Assembly (NCBI GenBank): GCA_964035545.1
Contig: CAXIUT010000263.1
Location: 43,936-107,935, forward strand
Direction of reading: 5' to 3'
Length of the DNA stretch: 64,000 bases
Source: Bugula neritina
Taxonomy: Eukaryota > Animalia > Bryozoa
Below are positions 1 through 12,772 of this stretch, piece after piece (positions within the stretch are counted from its first letter, which is position 1; each line of letters starts with the position of its first letter). The translations under genes and the position numbers were made by a program. The notes beneath the pieces are model-generated. The model was not told where the DNA came from. It ran no database searches and was given only the letters and a program-made list of their open reading frames with translations.

Positions 1-345
1 CAATTGGTATGGTTGCATACTAGCTGTAAGTTTTCTTTTATATAGTTTGCTAAAGAAAAACCCATTTGTTTGTGATAGTAAAGAATAAACAATAGATAGA
101 AATTAGCGTTGCTAGTTGGATTTTGGGACATTAGTTGGCAATAGAATAGGATAAGTCGGCATTGATTTTCTTATGAAGTTAGTTTCCAGAAATCCATCTT
201 TGAGGATGAGTGCTAGTGAAGCTTTAAATCATAGATTTTTGAACAGTAAGTAAGAGTAGAGACAAAAATAGCAAGAAGTATTTTTAATATAATAAAGATT
301 TCTACGACTTTGTTGCTTCCAAGGAAAGAATAAAACTGGAAATGA
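1..345 (+). CDS. Ser/Thr protein kinase, C-terminal part (5' end outside window)
   Basis: With TAR=Glu and 20-nt introns at 26-45 and 278-297 it reads IGMVAYELLLKKNPF...FLMKLVSRNPSLRMSASEALNHRFL (kinase subdomains IX-XI); TGA at 343-345. Confidence 0.85.
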
Positions 346-444
346 TGTTTATCATTCCTTAATAAGCTACTTGATTGATTGTTTGATATAATTAAAACTA
401 TATTTATTAATTGTTTTTTGCAACTTATAATAAATAATCTAGTC

Positions 445-893
445 ATGAAGAGAACTAAATAGGCTTACTACAGACCTAATCCAAGTTTCGATGAGACCAA
501 ACAGAGTTCAGGAGTGACTTTTGTGATTGGTGAGGATATGAGTTACTATGATCGAACAAGACAGAATCAGAAAATGCAGAAATAGTTTTTGGATGAGCAA
601 GTAGAGCAGAAAAAGATGATAAAAGCCAACGAGAAGAAGATAGGGGAACAATTTGACCAACAACTATTGCATAATACTCACCAAAGGGGACAACTTTAAT
701 TGGAAAAACATCAAAGATTGCACCAAGTAGAGAGAGCTCATGACCTTTTCAACCTAAATCAGGTATTATTTTGATAAAATAGACCAACTAGAAGAAGTAG
801 AGGGAAAGATTGGAGAAGTAGAAGTAGTTGGAGGAAGCAAGGATCGAGAGATAACTCCTAAACCAAAGAAAAGTAAAGAGATATGGAATTTGA
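445..893 (+). CDS. short RIB43A-like coiled-coil ciliary protein
   Basis: ATG 445, 20-nt intron 763-782, TGA 891-893. GEDMSYYDRTRQNQKMQKEFLDEQ resembles the RIB43A repeat motif. Confidence 0.6.
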
Positions 894-1059
894 TTTGAGA
901 TAGATTCATGATCAACTAACTTCTTGAGAATTATCAATCAATCTAATAACTATTTTAGGACTCATAATGAAGATAGATGATGAACAATAAATAACAATAA
1001 AGTAGTTTTGAAGGGTCAAAGTTGGATAAAAAGATGGACAGATAGTTGATGAATGTTAT

Positions 1060-1145
1060 ATGAAGTCGTGGATGATAAAGTGAGTGTTAAATGAAGTCGT
1101 GGATGATAAAGTGAGTGTTAAATGAAGTCGTGGATGATAAAGTGA
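1060..1145. repeat. 31-bp tandem repeat, ~2.8 copies
   Basis: ATGAAGTCGTGGATGATAAAGTGAGTGTTAA starts at 1060, 1091 and 1122, immediately 3' of the minus-strand stop at 1150. Confidence 0.9.
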
Positions 1146-1149
1146 AGGA

Positions 1150-2375
1150 TCAGATGTAGAGGGGTTCTATATATTTTGCGTAGACTCCTACGGTGGCACA
1201 GCAGGGACAGGGGAGGCTAGTTAGTTTATTTTTGTGCCTGGCTTGTATCTTTTTGAAGCAGGGTTCACACATCATCAGGTGTCTGCATTTGGTATTGATC
1301 ATAGTGGACTATCCGTTCAGACATATTTTGCATCCTTTCAAATCATATAAATGACTATCCGTATCTATTTATATCTTTATATCGTTAGCAGTTGTTTAGG
1401 CTGTTTTCGTGGTTTTGTTTGTATGTGGGTTATCTTTGGGAGTTTGATTGAGTTTTGCACTGGTGGTGTCGTTTTTTTAGTTGAAAAGAAGTTAAAGAAA
1501 GTAATTATCATTATTGTTTTATCTTTTCTTTTATTACTTTATTTATCTTTTCTTTTATTGCTTTATCTATTTTACGTGTGAACTTTTATAGCATTGTTTG
1601 CAGATGTTATATCCTTACTACCTAAGTTGTAACTTTTTGAGTTAGTACTTTTTAAAACAATCATTGCACTAAAACAAATCTTTTTTTTATGTTTTTTATT
1701 TTTAGTTTAAAGCAAATTGTCCTAACATAAAAAAATCTAGTGCCTAATCTTTTTATTTGATAAAATTAAGTCCTTATTATTTTTTGATTGATTTTTTTTA
1801 ATAAGGTTTTATGTTATTTTTGATGAGATTAGGTTTTGAGTAGGTTCTATCTGGTTTTTATATTTATTTTATTTTAGGCAAATTTTTTACTTTATACTAT
1901 CCAAAATCAGGTTTTATCTATCTCTACATCTTCTACTCCAGTCCCTTACACTGATAACCATAGCATTTCTGACATATCACCATTCCTTAAAGCTAAACAG
2001 GTTTGTTATTCTTTCTATCGATCTAGCCATCGCATAAGTTACAAATCTATTTGTTGATAACGTGTTTCCAAGGCTGGCAGATAGTACATATAACATTGTT
2101 ACCAATCTGATCTACATTTCTTTTTCTGATTGTGCCATCGATAACGTTATTGCATTTTTTGCAGAATGGAACTAGAGATATCATGTATTGGTAGAACAGT
2201 AGCATGTCTTAGTCGGCAGAATTATTTGAAATTGCATCTTGGATAAAAGTTAAACAGTCTTTATCGATATAGGAACCTTCAGTTAGGAGGACTGCGTTTG
2301 GTTTTAGACGGTTGCCGCATTGGATGCAGGTCCTTGGTTATGAAAGAGGTACTTCTATTCTGTTGGGTTGAGCAT
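1150..2375 (-). CDS. protein with N-terminal Cys motifs, K/E-rich middle and C-terminal C3HC4 RING finger
   Basis: ATG 2375, 20-nt intron after codon 8, CIQC...CKKC at the N-terminus. C-terminus reads CKICLNGESTMINTKCRHLMMCEPC...CPCC; the last Cys pair needs a 1-nt frame correction near 1210-1235. TGA at 1150-1152. Confidence 0.7.
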
Positions 2376-2596
2376 ATTATTTAAGTAAGGATTATATTGT
2401 AAGGAAATCATAAAAGAATTAGCTATTTTTATTACTCTTCTTATTAAAATTATTTATTCAATCAACTTTAGTCCAAAAGTCAAATTAATTAAATTTATAC
2501 CTATCTTAGTAGTAATTGATCTTTTATCAATTCTAAATAATATATTTAAATATCAACATTTGATATGGATATTTGTTAGTTAGTTAGGTAGATTTA

Positions 2597-2678
2597 TGGG
2601 GTTGGGGTTGGGGTTGGGGTTGGGGTTGGGGTTGGGGTTGGGGTTGGGGTTGGGGTTGGGGTTGGGGTTGGGGTTGGG
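2597..2678 (+). repeat. telomeric (TTGGGG)n tract T1, ~13.5 units
   Basis: Perfect G4T2 repeats, the same hexamer as the Tetrahymena telomere. Confidence 0.97.
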
Positions 2679-5600
2679 AGCCATCACAGGTGAAGGTATT
2701 GATTTTATCATAAAACAAAACAACACCTCAATAATTCTATCATATAAAGCCTTGTTTGAATTTAATAAAATTGGATCTATCGTACAATAAGATAATATCA
2801 TTTCCCAATGGGTTTTCAGTTTCGTCATTCAAACATCTAAGAACCCTATTCCTACATTATAATAAATTTACTACCATCAAAAGTGTTATCCCTATCACCT
2901 AGACCAACAGTATTCAGTATTTAACATTATTTGGCAACCCTTTAGAGTAAGGTAAGCTAAGACACCTTTTTGTCAATTTGATGACTTCACTGATGCTAAT
3001 GGATGATAAAATTATCAAAATTGAATAAAGATATAAAGAAGTAGTCTAAACTAAATATAAATTGTTGCCATTTCCTTTGCTTAAATAGAAATAGATGGAA
3101 AATACTTAGTCGTATTTATAAAATACTGTTAAAGAGTTGACGATTGTTAGAAAAAGTTACCTAGATGCCAATCCTGTTGTCAAAATACAAAGATGGTGGA
3201 AAAAAATATCAAAAATCAAATACAAAAAATGGAAAGTAGTCACACTGACCAAATAATAAACGTCCTTTCATGATTTCATTCCAGTAAAATAACATAGACT
3301 AGAACTTTAAAGATTGATTACTTAGAAAATGGAAATAAGTAGAAGCAATGCCTAGATAATTGACGGACTTGTCAAAGGACATTGGACCTTCTGGAAAACT
3401 GTTTATTAGATAATTCAGAATAAATAGGTATACATCAGTAGGTAGTTTTGCCTTTAAAACGGAATTTAGTTTGAGGAGAATTATAAGTTATAAATTATGA
3501 GGTCTTTTGGTGATATTGAGAATAATATCAATAAGAAAAGACGATTGGGATTTTTTATTGGATATCATAGTAGAATGATATTTAGAAGTAGTAGTAATAA
3601 AGATAAAAAACTAAAACCTTTTTTGAAACTAAAATATATAAACAAAAATATAAATTTCAATAAATAAAGACATAAAAAAGCAAATGATAAGTTATAAAAA
3701 CTAACTCAAACCTATAAAAACTATGTAATACCAAAAAAACCAATTTCTTAATTATTAAAATAAATAAAAAACCAATACTATATCTACATAAAATCCCATT
3801 TATAAACTAATACGATTAGACCATTTCCATTTGTATTTTAGTCGTTTCTAATTCGTTCAAAATCAGCAACAACAATCCAAAGAATATGGCGTGGCAGTCG
3901 TGTTCGTAAAGAATTCAATGGTCGTATTTATGTGAGATAAAAATAGGCAGCTATTACTATTCAAAGATGGGTTAGAAATTTAAAATTCAAACACAGGTAT
4001 ATTTTCTTGTTATAAGCCAAGGCCTATCTCAAAAAATAGAGCAAAAGTAAAGAAATAGTGTTAGAGATGAGTCAAATACAAGCTATTGAAGCATATTGCT
4101 AACACAAGGAACAACAAGGAGTTAATTTTATGAACTGTTTTCAGTAATGTCAGTTTATATTAACTAAAAGTATCAAAGTTAGTGATGATGGCTAGCGTGG
4201 ATGGAATGTAGTATTTTATGGCGAAAGGAAACCTTATCCTGGATACATGAATTTGACTTTTGGGGTAAGTGAGGGTAAAAGGTAAGGATAACAATCAAAC
4301 ATTTTATAAATACTATTTAAAGGAGCAAAGTCAATATAAAAATTAGTTGATTCCAAAGGAACTAAATATATTAAATTTACATATTCTTCACTAGAATAGA
4401 CACTAAATCGTAAATACATTTTAGCTCTTAAAACATATCGAATGCATAATCATCAATTTATTACTACTTTACCTCAAGTTCATTATACAACTAGTGTCAA
4501 TTTGCTGTAAGAGGTAGGTGGAAGTCGACTGGTTAGTATGGTATATGACAGTCAGAGACATCTGCCTAAAGATAGTCCTGAATATAGATTTAGGTAGATA
4601 TCTTAATCTAAATCAGTTTTAAGTTTAGGAAGTGAGTTAAGAGTTATAGATGATGTTGTCTTTATGAAAATAAAGTTCTATATTGGTGCTAGCGATCTAT
4701 CATCGACTCTTATGTTGAAAGTACCTGGATTTATGAATAAATAACAGGATCGTAGTATGTTATCGTTGAAGGACAGGTTTTATTTTGGTCATAGAAAGAA
4801 TAAATCAAAAAGATATGAAGAAGACAACACTGAAAGTATATCAAAAATATCAAGAAATATTTTAAGTCTTAACCAGCTAGATGATAGTTTATCTTTTAGA
4901 AAGAAGTCTGGAATTGATAGATAAAAAATATTGAATACTGATCAATCTCACAGCTATATAGATTCTTTAAGTCCTAAAAATTCATAACCTCGTCTAAGGA
5001 ATCGCTAGTTTTATGATAAATTCGACAAACAAATCTATCCACCACAAACTTCTCTTCTCAAGTAGTCAGCTCGTTATAAAAAACATTTGTAGGAAGTAGA
5101 CGATCTTAAAAACAAAAGAAAAATTATTGAAGGAATTCGCTAAAGTCATCGCTAAAGAATCAACTAAGTAGTGAACAGGAAGTACTAGCAGTTAGTTTAG
5201 TTGAAAGAGAATTCGAATAAAGAGCAAGAAGCCACAAATAGAAAACTAGAGGAGATCAGATAGGAAATGACCAAAAATAGATAAGCCAAACATGATAGAA
5301 TAAGACATGCGAGAAAGAGTAGTAATGATGTATTTGAAGGCTAGTTTGCGAGGAAAGGAAATAGAAGTATTAATCGACAAGTAAAATAGTTTTAGAAGAA
5401 GAGTCGGTCATATAGATAGTATAAACCAGAGACAGAGTATCAATCAAAATAGAAGAAGAAGGAGAAGAAAGAAGAGAAAATAAAGAAGATACCAAGAGGA
5501 CATTTTATTCAAAAAACGGAAATCAAAGAATTTTCTATAAATATAACTTAAGGAGATTGCAGTATAAAGATTACATAGAGCGGAAGAGAGCATCTGAAAT

Positions 5601-5854
5601 AGCTTTAATCTGAACTTTATTCGAGATAGAAAGATATAAAGCATATAAAGAGTCGTTTTTCTAAGCAGAAGAGTCAGGCTAGTGAGAGCAGTGAACTGAT
5701 TGGAGCGAGGAGCTAGGCTGCGGAAGAAGAGAAGGATAGTAAGAAGAAGTTGCATAAGAAGCGAATGGTTCATTCTGTTTTTCCTTAAGAGTTTTATCCA
5801 TTGAAGCAGACTCAGCAAATTGGCTTTTAGTTGCCCAAAATAGGCAAATCTTGA
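2678..5854 (+). CDS. LRR + IQ-motif protein (LRRIQ3-like), 5'-truncated by the telomeric tract
   Basis: Frame starting at 2678 reads PSQVKVLILSENK...CLNLIKLDLSYNKIISFPN...LRTLFLHYNKF...YLTLFGNPL...RHLFVN, then IQ motifs (VKIQRWWK, TIQRIWRG, TIQRWVR). TGA 5852-5854. No in-frame ATG upstream (in-frame TGA at 2561). Confidence 0.8.
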
Positions 5855-5915
5855 TGGAAAATGGTATATATATTGCAATATTGTTGATAGAGATGATATC
5901 AGATGATATTTATGA

Positions 5916-8900
5916 TCACTAGATGATGATTTTATGGTTTTGATTTCCATTCTGATCTTCTTCTCTTTCTAAATATTCACTTAGCACCCACTAATTGTCC
6001 ACTATGAATTTGAAGTAGTAGAAATCTGGTTTAAACTTGATAGAGACTTTATAATATTTTTGGATCTTGTCGAAAACTAACTTGGTTTTGACTTGCCAAT
6101 CATCCCAGCTACCACTTACGTACACTTCTTTCGGTCTAGGTATCTTTTTGGTTTAGTAGTAAAATGTGAATGACTTCATTTATAACCTTGATGAGCTCAG
6201 AAGGACATCTTTGTAGGTTTTTAGGATCTACCACTACGGTCTCCAATATTATCCATTTTAATACTAGAACAATTTAATTTACTAATTGGACTAAGGCTAT
6301 GTTGATTTGAATCTTTTTATTTATGCTTATACTCTAGTTTTATCTATGTATATTTTATGTTGTATCCTGTAAAATTAATTATTCCATCCTCGAGCCACAT
6401 CTTACTCCTCCACTACACTTTAGTAAGCATTTTATCGTAGTTTTTAGTAGCTAGATTTGTTGCGATAGCATTCGATGGCACGACGAAGACATTTTTTATA
6501 ATCCTAAAGGTCGTAGGAAAGGAAGTTAAATCCATTTCCTTTTTGAGTTTTCATATCATATTAAAAAACTGTATCTTTAAGGCCACCAGTGCAGAAAGTA
6601 ATGACTGGGGTGCCACCACAAAAGAACTAATGTTGAACAATGCCTCCAGGTTCAAACATTGAAGGCATCAGTGCAAAATCACTTCCGATATTGACAAGAG
6701 GACCATCACTAAAAAATTGTTCAGGACTGCTCCAAAAGCAAAGAGGAAACTTGTTATTCAAATACTTCATTTTATCTACACAGTACTTCCCATATTATTC
6801 TTTACTGTCAGCCATTCCTCCCACCAGAAATTGTAGGTTGAAATTGTATTCATACAAAAGACTTTATATGGCCTATAGGATGAGATGGACTCCCTTCTGT
6901 CTTGTAACTCTTCCAATAAAAGCAAACAGGGGAACATCTTTTATATCCTGACAGTTAAAATACTTTTGCTGGAGCATTCTCTTGGAATCCGGATGGTTCC
7001 CGGGAGTTTTAGTGCGAAGAATACTATTGCGTTCATCTTTACGAATTCCGTTTGGGAAAGAGAAAGGATGAGGGTGTTTCCAGAGGATATTTGCCAAGTC
7101 AGATTCTTTTAGAAGTTATATTTTGTAGGAGTTAGAGACAGTGCCCCAGTTATCACAAGTCTCAAGAGCACACTTCGAAGGGTTTATTATCAACTTATTG
7201 GCTTTATACTACAGATAAAGCTGAGGATCCAAACCTATCAGCCACTAAAGGTTGCCTTCTTCGACCTTAGGATAGAGTCGACCTTCATAGAGAGGATCAA
7301 GATTATGTACAATGTGCATGAATTTGGTTCCTCCGAAGACTTTGAATTGTTTTTTTTTTGCATATGCACTAACGAATCCACACATCCAATCGTTAGTACA
7401 GACAACAGAGGGATATATTTTTAATTGGCAGAAGAGCTAGAGTGTGGTGAGCGCAAAGAAGACAAGTTGCTTAGTAACATAGAGAGCACCTTATCCTTGA
7501 TATGGTTTTGAAAAGAGCTATGGATTATGGAACCAGATATAATTGACTCCTTGATATTTGCCTCTGTGAATGCCGAATTAATATTAAAATTGAACTGTTT
7601 TTACTGTTATGTTGTTTTAGTAGAGAAAACCATCACGTTAGAGATAGTTTGTCTCATTCTTTTTGTTGTATTCGTAGTATGGAGTCATGATGTATACTTA
7701 CTCTCCAAGTCTAACCAACTATTTGGATAGTTCATCTACCATTACAGCTAGTCCTCCTACGCAACTCCAACGACCTATTTCAGGAGTGACAAAGGCGATG
7801 GGACCGAGAGTGTTTCCTCCAAGAATATCAGTTATACAGCGTTTGAGTAGATAGTTGAGTTCTGGTTGGCTTGAAATGAGCTAGAACACTCCAAAGAGTT
7901 TTTAGAGGTTGCGTTTGTTCATATAGAACTAATGGTTTTTAGTGATAAGAAGGGTGAAATTAAGATTATAGGGCTATATGCATTTAGTGTAGAGTTGGTT
8001 AAGCCCTTGGACAATACCTGTTTTAGTTTTAGTTTTGTCTAGTAAAAAGTTGAGTTAGTTAAAGAATACACATGAATGGATCCAAGCTGGAGGCTACCTA
8101 CTTAACCTTTCCTTAATTCTTAGTGATGAACATTTGATGGCCTTGTCTATGCAGTTATCTTTTTGTAGAGTCAATTTCCAGATGATGGTTTTATATGGTT
8201 TTATGTGTAGGTCAATTTTTGAGTGTAGAAGCTAACTTGCTAGGTAATATTCTTCAGTGAATTTGGTCGAGTTGAGGATGGATTCCAGTTTGAAGACTAG
8301 ACCTGACCTTTCATAGTTTTTGAATAATCTTTTGAGAGGTTGTAAGTTAAAGTACATATCGATTTAGTCTTGATTAAAATTTATAGCAACCAGTAAGATA
8401 GTTTACTAGTTATATCTAGCAAAGGAAAGAACGTTATTGTGGTGTCCATATTGGTGTTATGCTCCAATATTGACAAAATGACCATTGCGGAGAATTTACA
8501 TCGAGTTGCGAAGTTAACGACGGTGAGAGTAATGTTTGAATATTTAGCCAAGATCAAAACCATATTATGGACCTACTTATTTACGGATTGTCTATTATAG
8601 ATAGCGTAGTTGACTTGGATCTTTGAGTTGGGTATTGCAACACTAAATCACTTGACCTTTCTTTGCTTTTGGAAGGTCTTCATTCAACAAAAATGATGAT
8701 TTTGCTCTATCGAATCTCTTGTTGTCTTTAGAATTTAGTCTTTAGCTTTATTTTTTGTCATAGTCAAAAGGAATATAGTTAATATTGATACTTTTACTTT
8801 TATATGATCTTCCTAACACCTAATATCCTGAAGTCATGGTGAGCATTGGCATGAGGAAAAGCAAATCAAGGACTGCCCATGTGGCTTGTTTGAATATGAG

Positions 8901-11363
8901 AGGCAAGTATGGCCAAACTGGACTGGTAGTTGAGTTGATAATGATTGATCCTTTTGGAAGAATTTTCATTGTCTCTTAATACCATTTTTTAAGACTGCTG
9001 ATATGCTTTGATGAGATTTGAGAGATAGTACCTGTGCTGGAAAGACTAACTCCCATGACTTGAGATAAGGCCTTAGGCATTTTAAAACTACGAGGAATGG
9101 GACCAGATCGGATCACACTGAGAATATTCGAGTCAGAATTTTGCATCTCCAAACCTTAGGAAATAATGATCAACTTTGGATATGACTGCCATAGACGTTT
9201 ACAGAATTTAATGATAAAAGGGTTGGCATAACGAGACTGCAAAGGTGAAGCCCAAAAGCCACTAATTTTACTAGGTACAATAACTTCTCCTTAGAAGATT
9301 TAATCATCACTATAGCTTGGCTCATTATTTTACATTTACTTTCTGAACATTTCTTCTTCATTGATTTTGTATAAAGTCGGCCACTAGAAGCCGTTATCCA
9401 TATATAGTCCATCAACTTTGAATCGATCGATTATTTCCATGGTTTAAGCTAGGAGCAGGTCCCATGCCGATAACTTTCTATAGTTCAGCATGGTGGTATC
9501 TTAATAGCTGATAGATTTTCCATTAGCTCCATAGTGGTAGACTACTCTACCTTGCTCGTCAACTGCTTTTAGTTTGAATCGATCATATTTTTTGCTCATG
9601 CGACTCGAACTTACCCGAATGGAACAATCAACAACCACTTTTATATGTAAGGCGTGTGCATGCTTGATAAGTTTATGCAATCCTTAATCACCACCAAGCA
9701 TGCGACAGGCAAGTGTGCGACAAGTGAAGGCCATCGGAGATGCATTGGGCTTTCTGTAGCTTTAAGCAGTTGGCTGGTTATCTCTTTAAAATACTCCAGA
9801 TAGGTAGATAGTATTGATTCCATATGATGGGTATTTTTATATTTATCTGATGGCAGTTTAGAAGTTGGGATTGTTAAACATTTTTTGTTCTGCTAGAAGT
9901 GAATCAATGTTGAGTTAATGAAGACTAAGTTCTCTAACATTCGGAGGTTGGACTATCATTCTTCCTTTAACTGATTTTACTGTCAAAGCAGCTCTTCCGA
10001 CCTTCTTTATACTCTTCTACTGGCTACCTTTAGCTACATCTAGTATCTTGTTGACAGCTTCTTTTCCATGATCAAGGAGATTAAACAAAGCAAAGTCATA
10101 GAAACCACTTCTAGGAAAGACTCCTAGATCTATTTTGGCCCAGATGTATGAGATACCGTTTTCGACATACTAGACTAGTTTGGGTAGATGCCAGCTAAAT
10201 ATTTGTAGAGGTATGTTCGAATCAAAGCAGGGAGCATTGAGGGAGTAGACTAGCGTTTATTGTTGTTGCTTGTTGGGGTTATCGATGAGATAGTTGATAG
10301 AAAAAATATCTTCTACAACTTTGATGACCGAATGATATTAGGAATTGAGTTGCCAATCACACTTATCGTAAAAAACATTGAGTAGTTTGATAGCTTCATC
10401 AGTATGTCCTTTCCATCCTTGTAGTCCCACAAGCAACTTTTATACTTCTTTGTTGTTGTAGTGAGTGTGGTTGAGGATGGAAAGAAGATCTTAGACATGG
10501 AACTGATTGTTTATAATTTTATGCAGTTGTTATTTGTACCAGTCGGGGAAGGGAAGACGAGAGGCTTATGTGCTCTAATTGGATATTTGTTGGAAAATGG
10601 AGGAGTAGTTTTAGGTAGCTTGTTCGTTAGTAAATTGAATGTACCATAAGATGGCGTTGAAGGGGAATTTGTTTAATAGGAAAGGAGCAAAGTAGACATC
10701 CAGGTGGCCGATTGATTATACTGCCAATTTAAGATAGCTTTTTGATATTTTTATTAGATTTTAGTCAAATATATATGCTTTTTAGTTCTACAATAGTTGA
10801 ATAGTCAAGACATACTATTATTCTTATGAACATTACTACAAAGGTTATTTCAGTTCAATTAATCGATTCAAGTGATGGATAATGCAGAAGACGTTCATGA
10901 TGTTGGTTGTGTTCCATGTTTTTTTATCAAAGGGAACTACTTTGATTTTTGATAGTTTCAATTCATCCATTTCTTCAAGATTTTATACTTGAGCAACAAT
11001 CAAATGAAAATATAATGCCAGTTGCACAAACTCTTAGTCTTTTTGATGACCTATGAGGGTCAATTGTTGTTGGATCTTTTTGAGATATTATTTTTAGAGT
11101 TTATGGTGGTTGATTTGAGGTTTTCTAAAGAGGTTGATGAGTTTTAGACTTAGAGGAAATTGATAGGCTATTTATAGTTGTTTATCTTTGAGAGACTGTT
11201 AGCTTTTGGTGATGGGTCTTATTTTTTTAGTTTATGAAGATTTTCTTTAGTTAAAGATCATGGATTTGAACTAGCCTTCATTGAGAGTTTAGGAAATGAT
11301 GGAATCTTTTTTAACTTGTTTTTGAGTTGGCTACTCAAAGTCAATGTTTGGCTTGACTGACAT
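5916..11363 (-). CDS. GH13 alpha-amylase-like + GT5 glycogen/starch synthase + C-terminal CBM48 fusion (~1815 aa)
   Basis: GH13-type segments (YGINTIYLSGVFERD, GGDEGLHKLIKHAHALHIKVVVD, LNYRK, FKVDGLYMDNG); GT5 segments (FVTPEIGRWSCVGGL, TNDW, FIGRVTRQKG, MPSMFEPGGIVQHEFFCGGTPV, TGGLKDTV); AMPK-beta-type CBM48 (KEVYVSGSWDDW...YFKFIVDNEW). TGA 5916-5918; the start is the least certain part. Confidence 0.9.
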
Positions 11364-11393
11364 AGTTGATAAATATATCTATTAATATTGCAT

Positions 11394-11488
11394 ATTATTC
11401 TACCGAAATTATATATATCATTACTCAAAACTATTATTATTCTACCAAACTTGTATAAATCATTACTCAGAACTATCATTATTCTACC
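11394..11488. repeat. degenerate ~42-bp tandem repeat in a divergent intergenic region
   Basis: ATTATTCTACC...ATCATTACTCA recurs about 2.3 times. Confidence 0.7.
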
Positions 11489-11606
11489 TCATAAAATATC
11501 ATCATCTATATTTAATCTCTTCATTTTTAATCAAAATATTATTACTTTAACAACTCAATATCTTCTTATAATTTTGATTCTTTTTAAATAGTTATTATAA
11601 TTTCTA

Positions 11607-12526
11607 ATGGAATATCTCAACCATCAGATAGAACCAATCATAGAATAATCAGAACCAATTAGCTAGCCCTTCATCCCATCCTTCAATGAGTAGGAATCTT
11701 CCTTTGAACTTCTCATAAAAGCCTACAACCAAATCAGAACTCTACAAACAGAAAATGATGAATTGAAAACTTTAGCATAACAAACTTAGATCAAAGAAAG
11801 AGAATATAGTTATTTGTAGAGAAAGAAGGAGGAGTTGTAGTAAGTTATAAGGGAGAAAGAGATAAAGATATAAAATTTATAAAAGATAAGTACATCATAT
11901 TCTATTAAGATTAAAAGATAGTGATGAACTGCATTATGCTCTAACGATAGCTATGTTCTCATAAAAAATAAATTCCTGTCAACAAGTCAGTATTCATACC
12001 CAAATAAATCAATTCTCCTCTCCATCCCAGCATGCAAAATGCTTCTAGAGTACAAAGATGTCTCTCGCCTTGTGGAATATCGAATAAATAAAATGCTAAA
12101 AAAACAGAAAAGCTGGCTTTGAATTTAACTGAGGGAAAAGAGTAAGTTATAGGAGATGGGTAGTTTACTTTTGACGGAGGACTGAGAAAAGCTGTTTGCG
12201 TTCCTTCTGATAAGAAAAAGAGTCAGTTTTCATTTGGAGAGATGTCAAAGTTGGTGAGTCAGGTGCATCATCGACATGATAGCCAGCTGAATCATCAGAA
12301 ATCGAAGTTAAAGTAATACCAGACTTATTGTTCAAGCATGTAGAAGAAGTACTCTCCGAATGTATCATTAAAGAAAGAGGCAAAGAAGTATCCTTTGGTG
12401 AAATGCCAATCTCCTAAAATTTTACAATTCAGAAATACAACTAACACAATAAAATAGATGAATAGCACCTGTTCCAGTCAGTTTAGTTATAATCGATGGA
12501 AAAATTAAAAATATAATTTCTTATGA
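11607..12526 (+). CDS. hypothetical coiled-coil protein
   Basis: ATG 11607, one 20-nt intron near 11889-11908, open to TGA 12524-12526 under TAR=Glu. Confidence 0.65.
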
Positions 12527-12664
12527 TAGTTTTAGAATGTTATATACTTATCTAATCATAATCATATAGGACTATCCTTATTTAGTCGTCATTATAAGAT
12601 AAATATATTGTTAATTGATATATTTAGATAGGCATTTTATTCTTTTATTGATTTATATAGAGAG

Positions 12665-12740
12665 AATATATTCTTTTATTGATATAAATAGATAGGTAAT
12701 ATATTCTTTTATTGATATAAATAGATAGGTAATATATTTT
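12665..12740. repeat. 33-bp tandem repeat, ~2.3 copies
   Basis: AATATATTCTTTTATTGATATAAATAGATAGGT duplicated between two + strand genes. Confidence 0.85.
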
Positions 12741-12772
12741 GATAAGCTATTCTTTGATTTATAACAACAACA

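Noticed and set aside
2580-2828. (GL)n and (PN)n repeat proteins
   Set aside because: These are translations of the telomeric tract; the conserved LRR frame is a different one.
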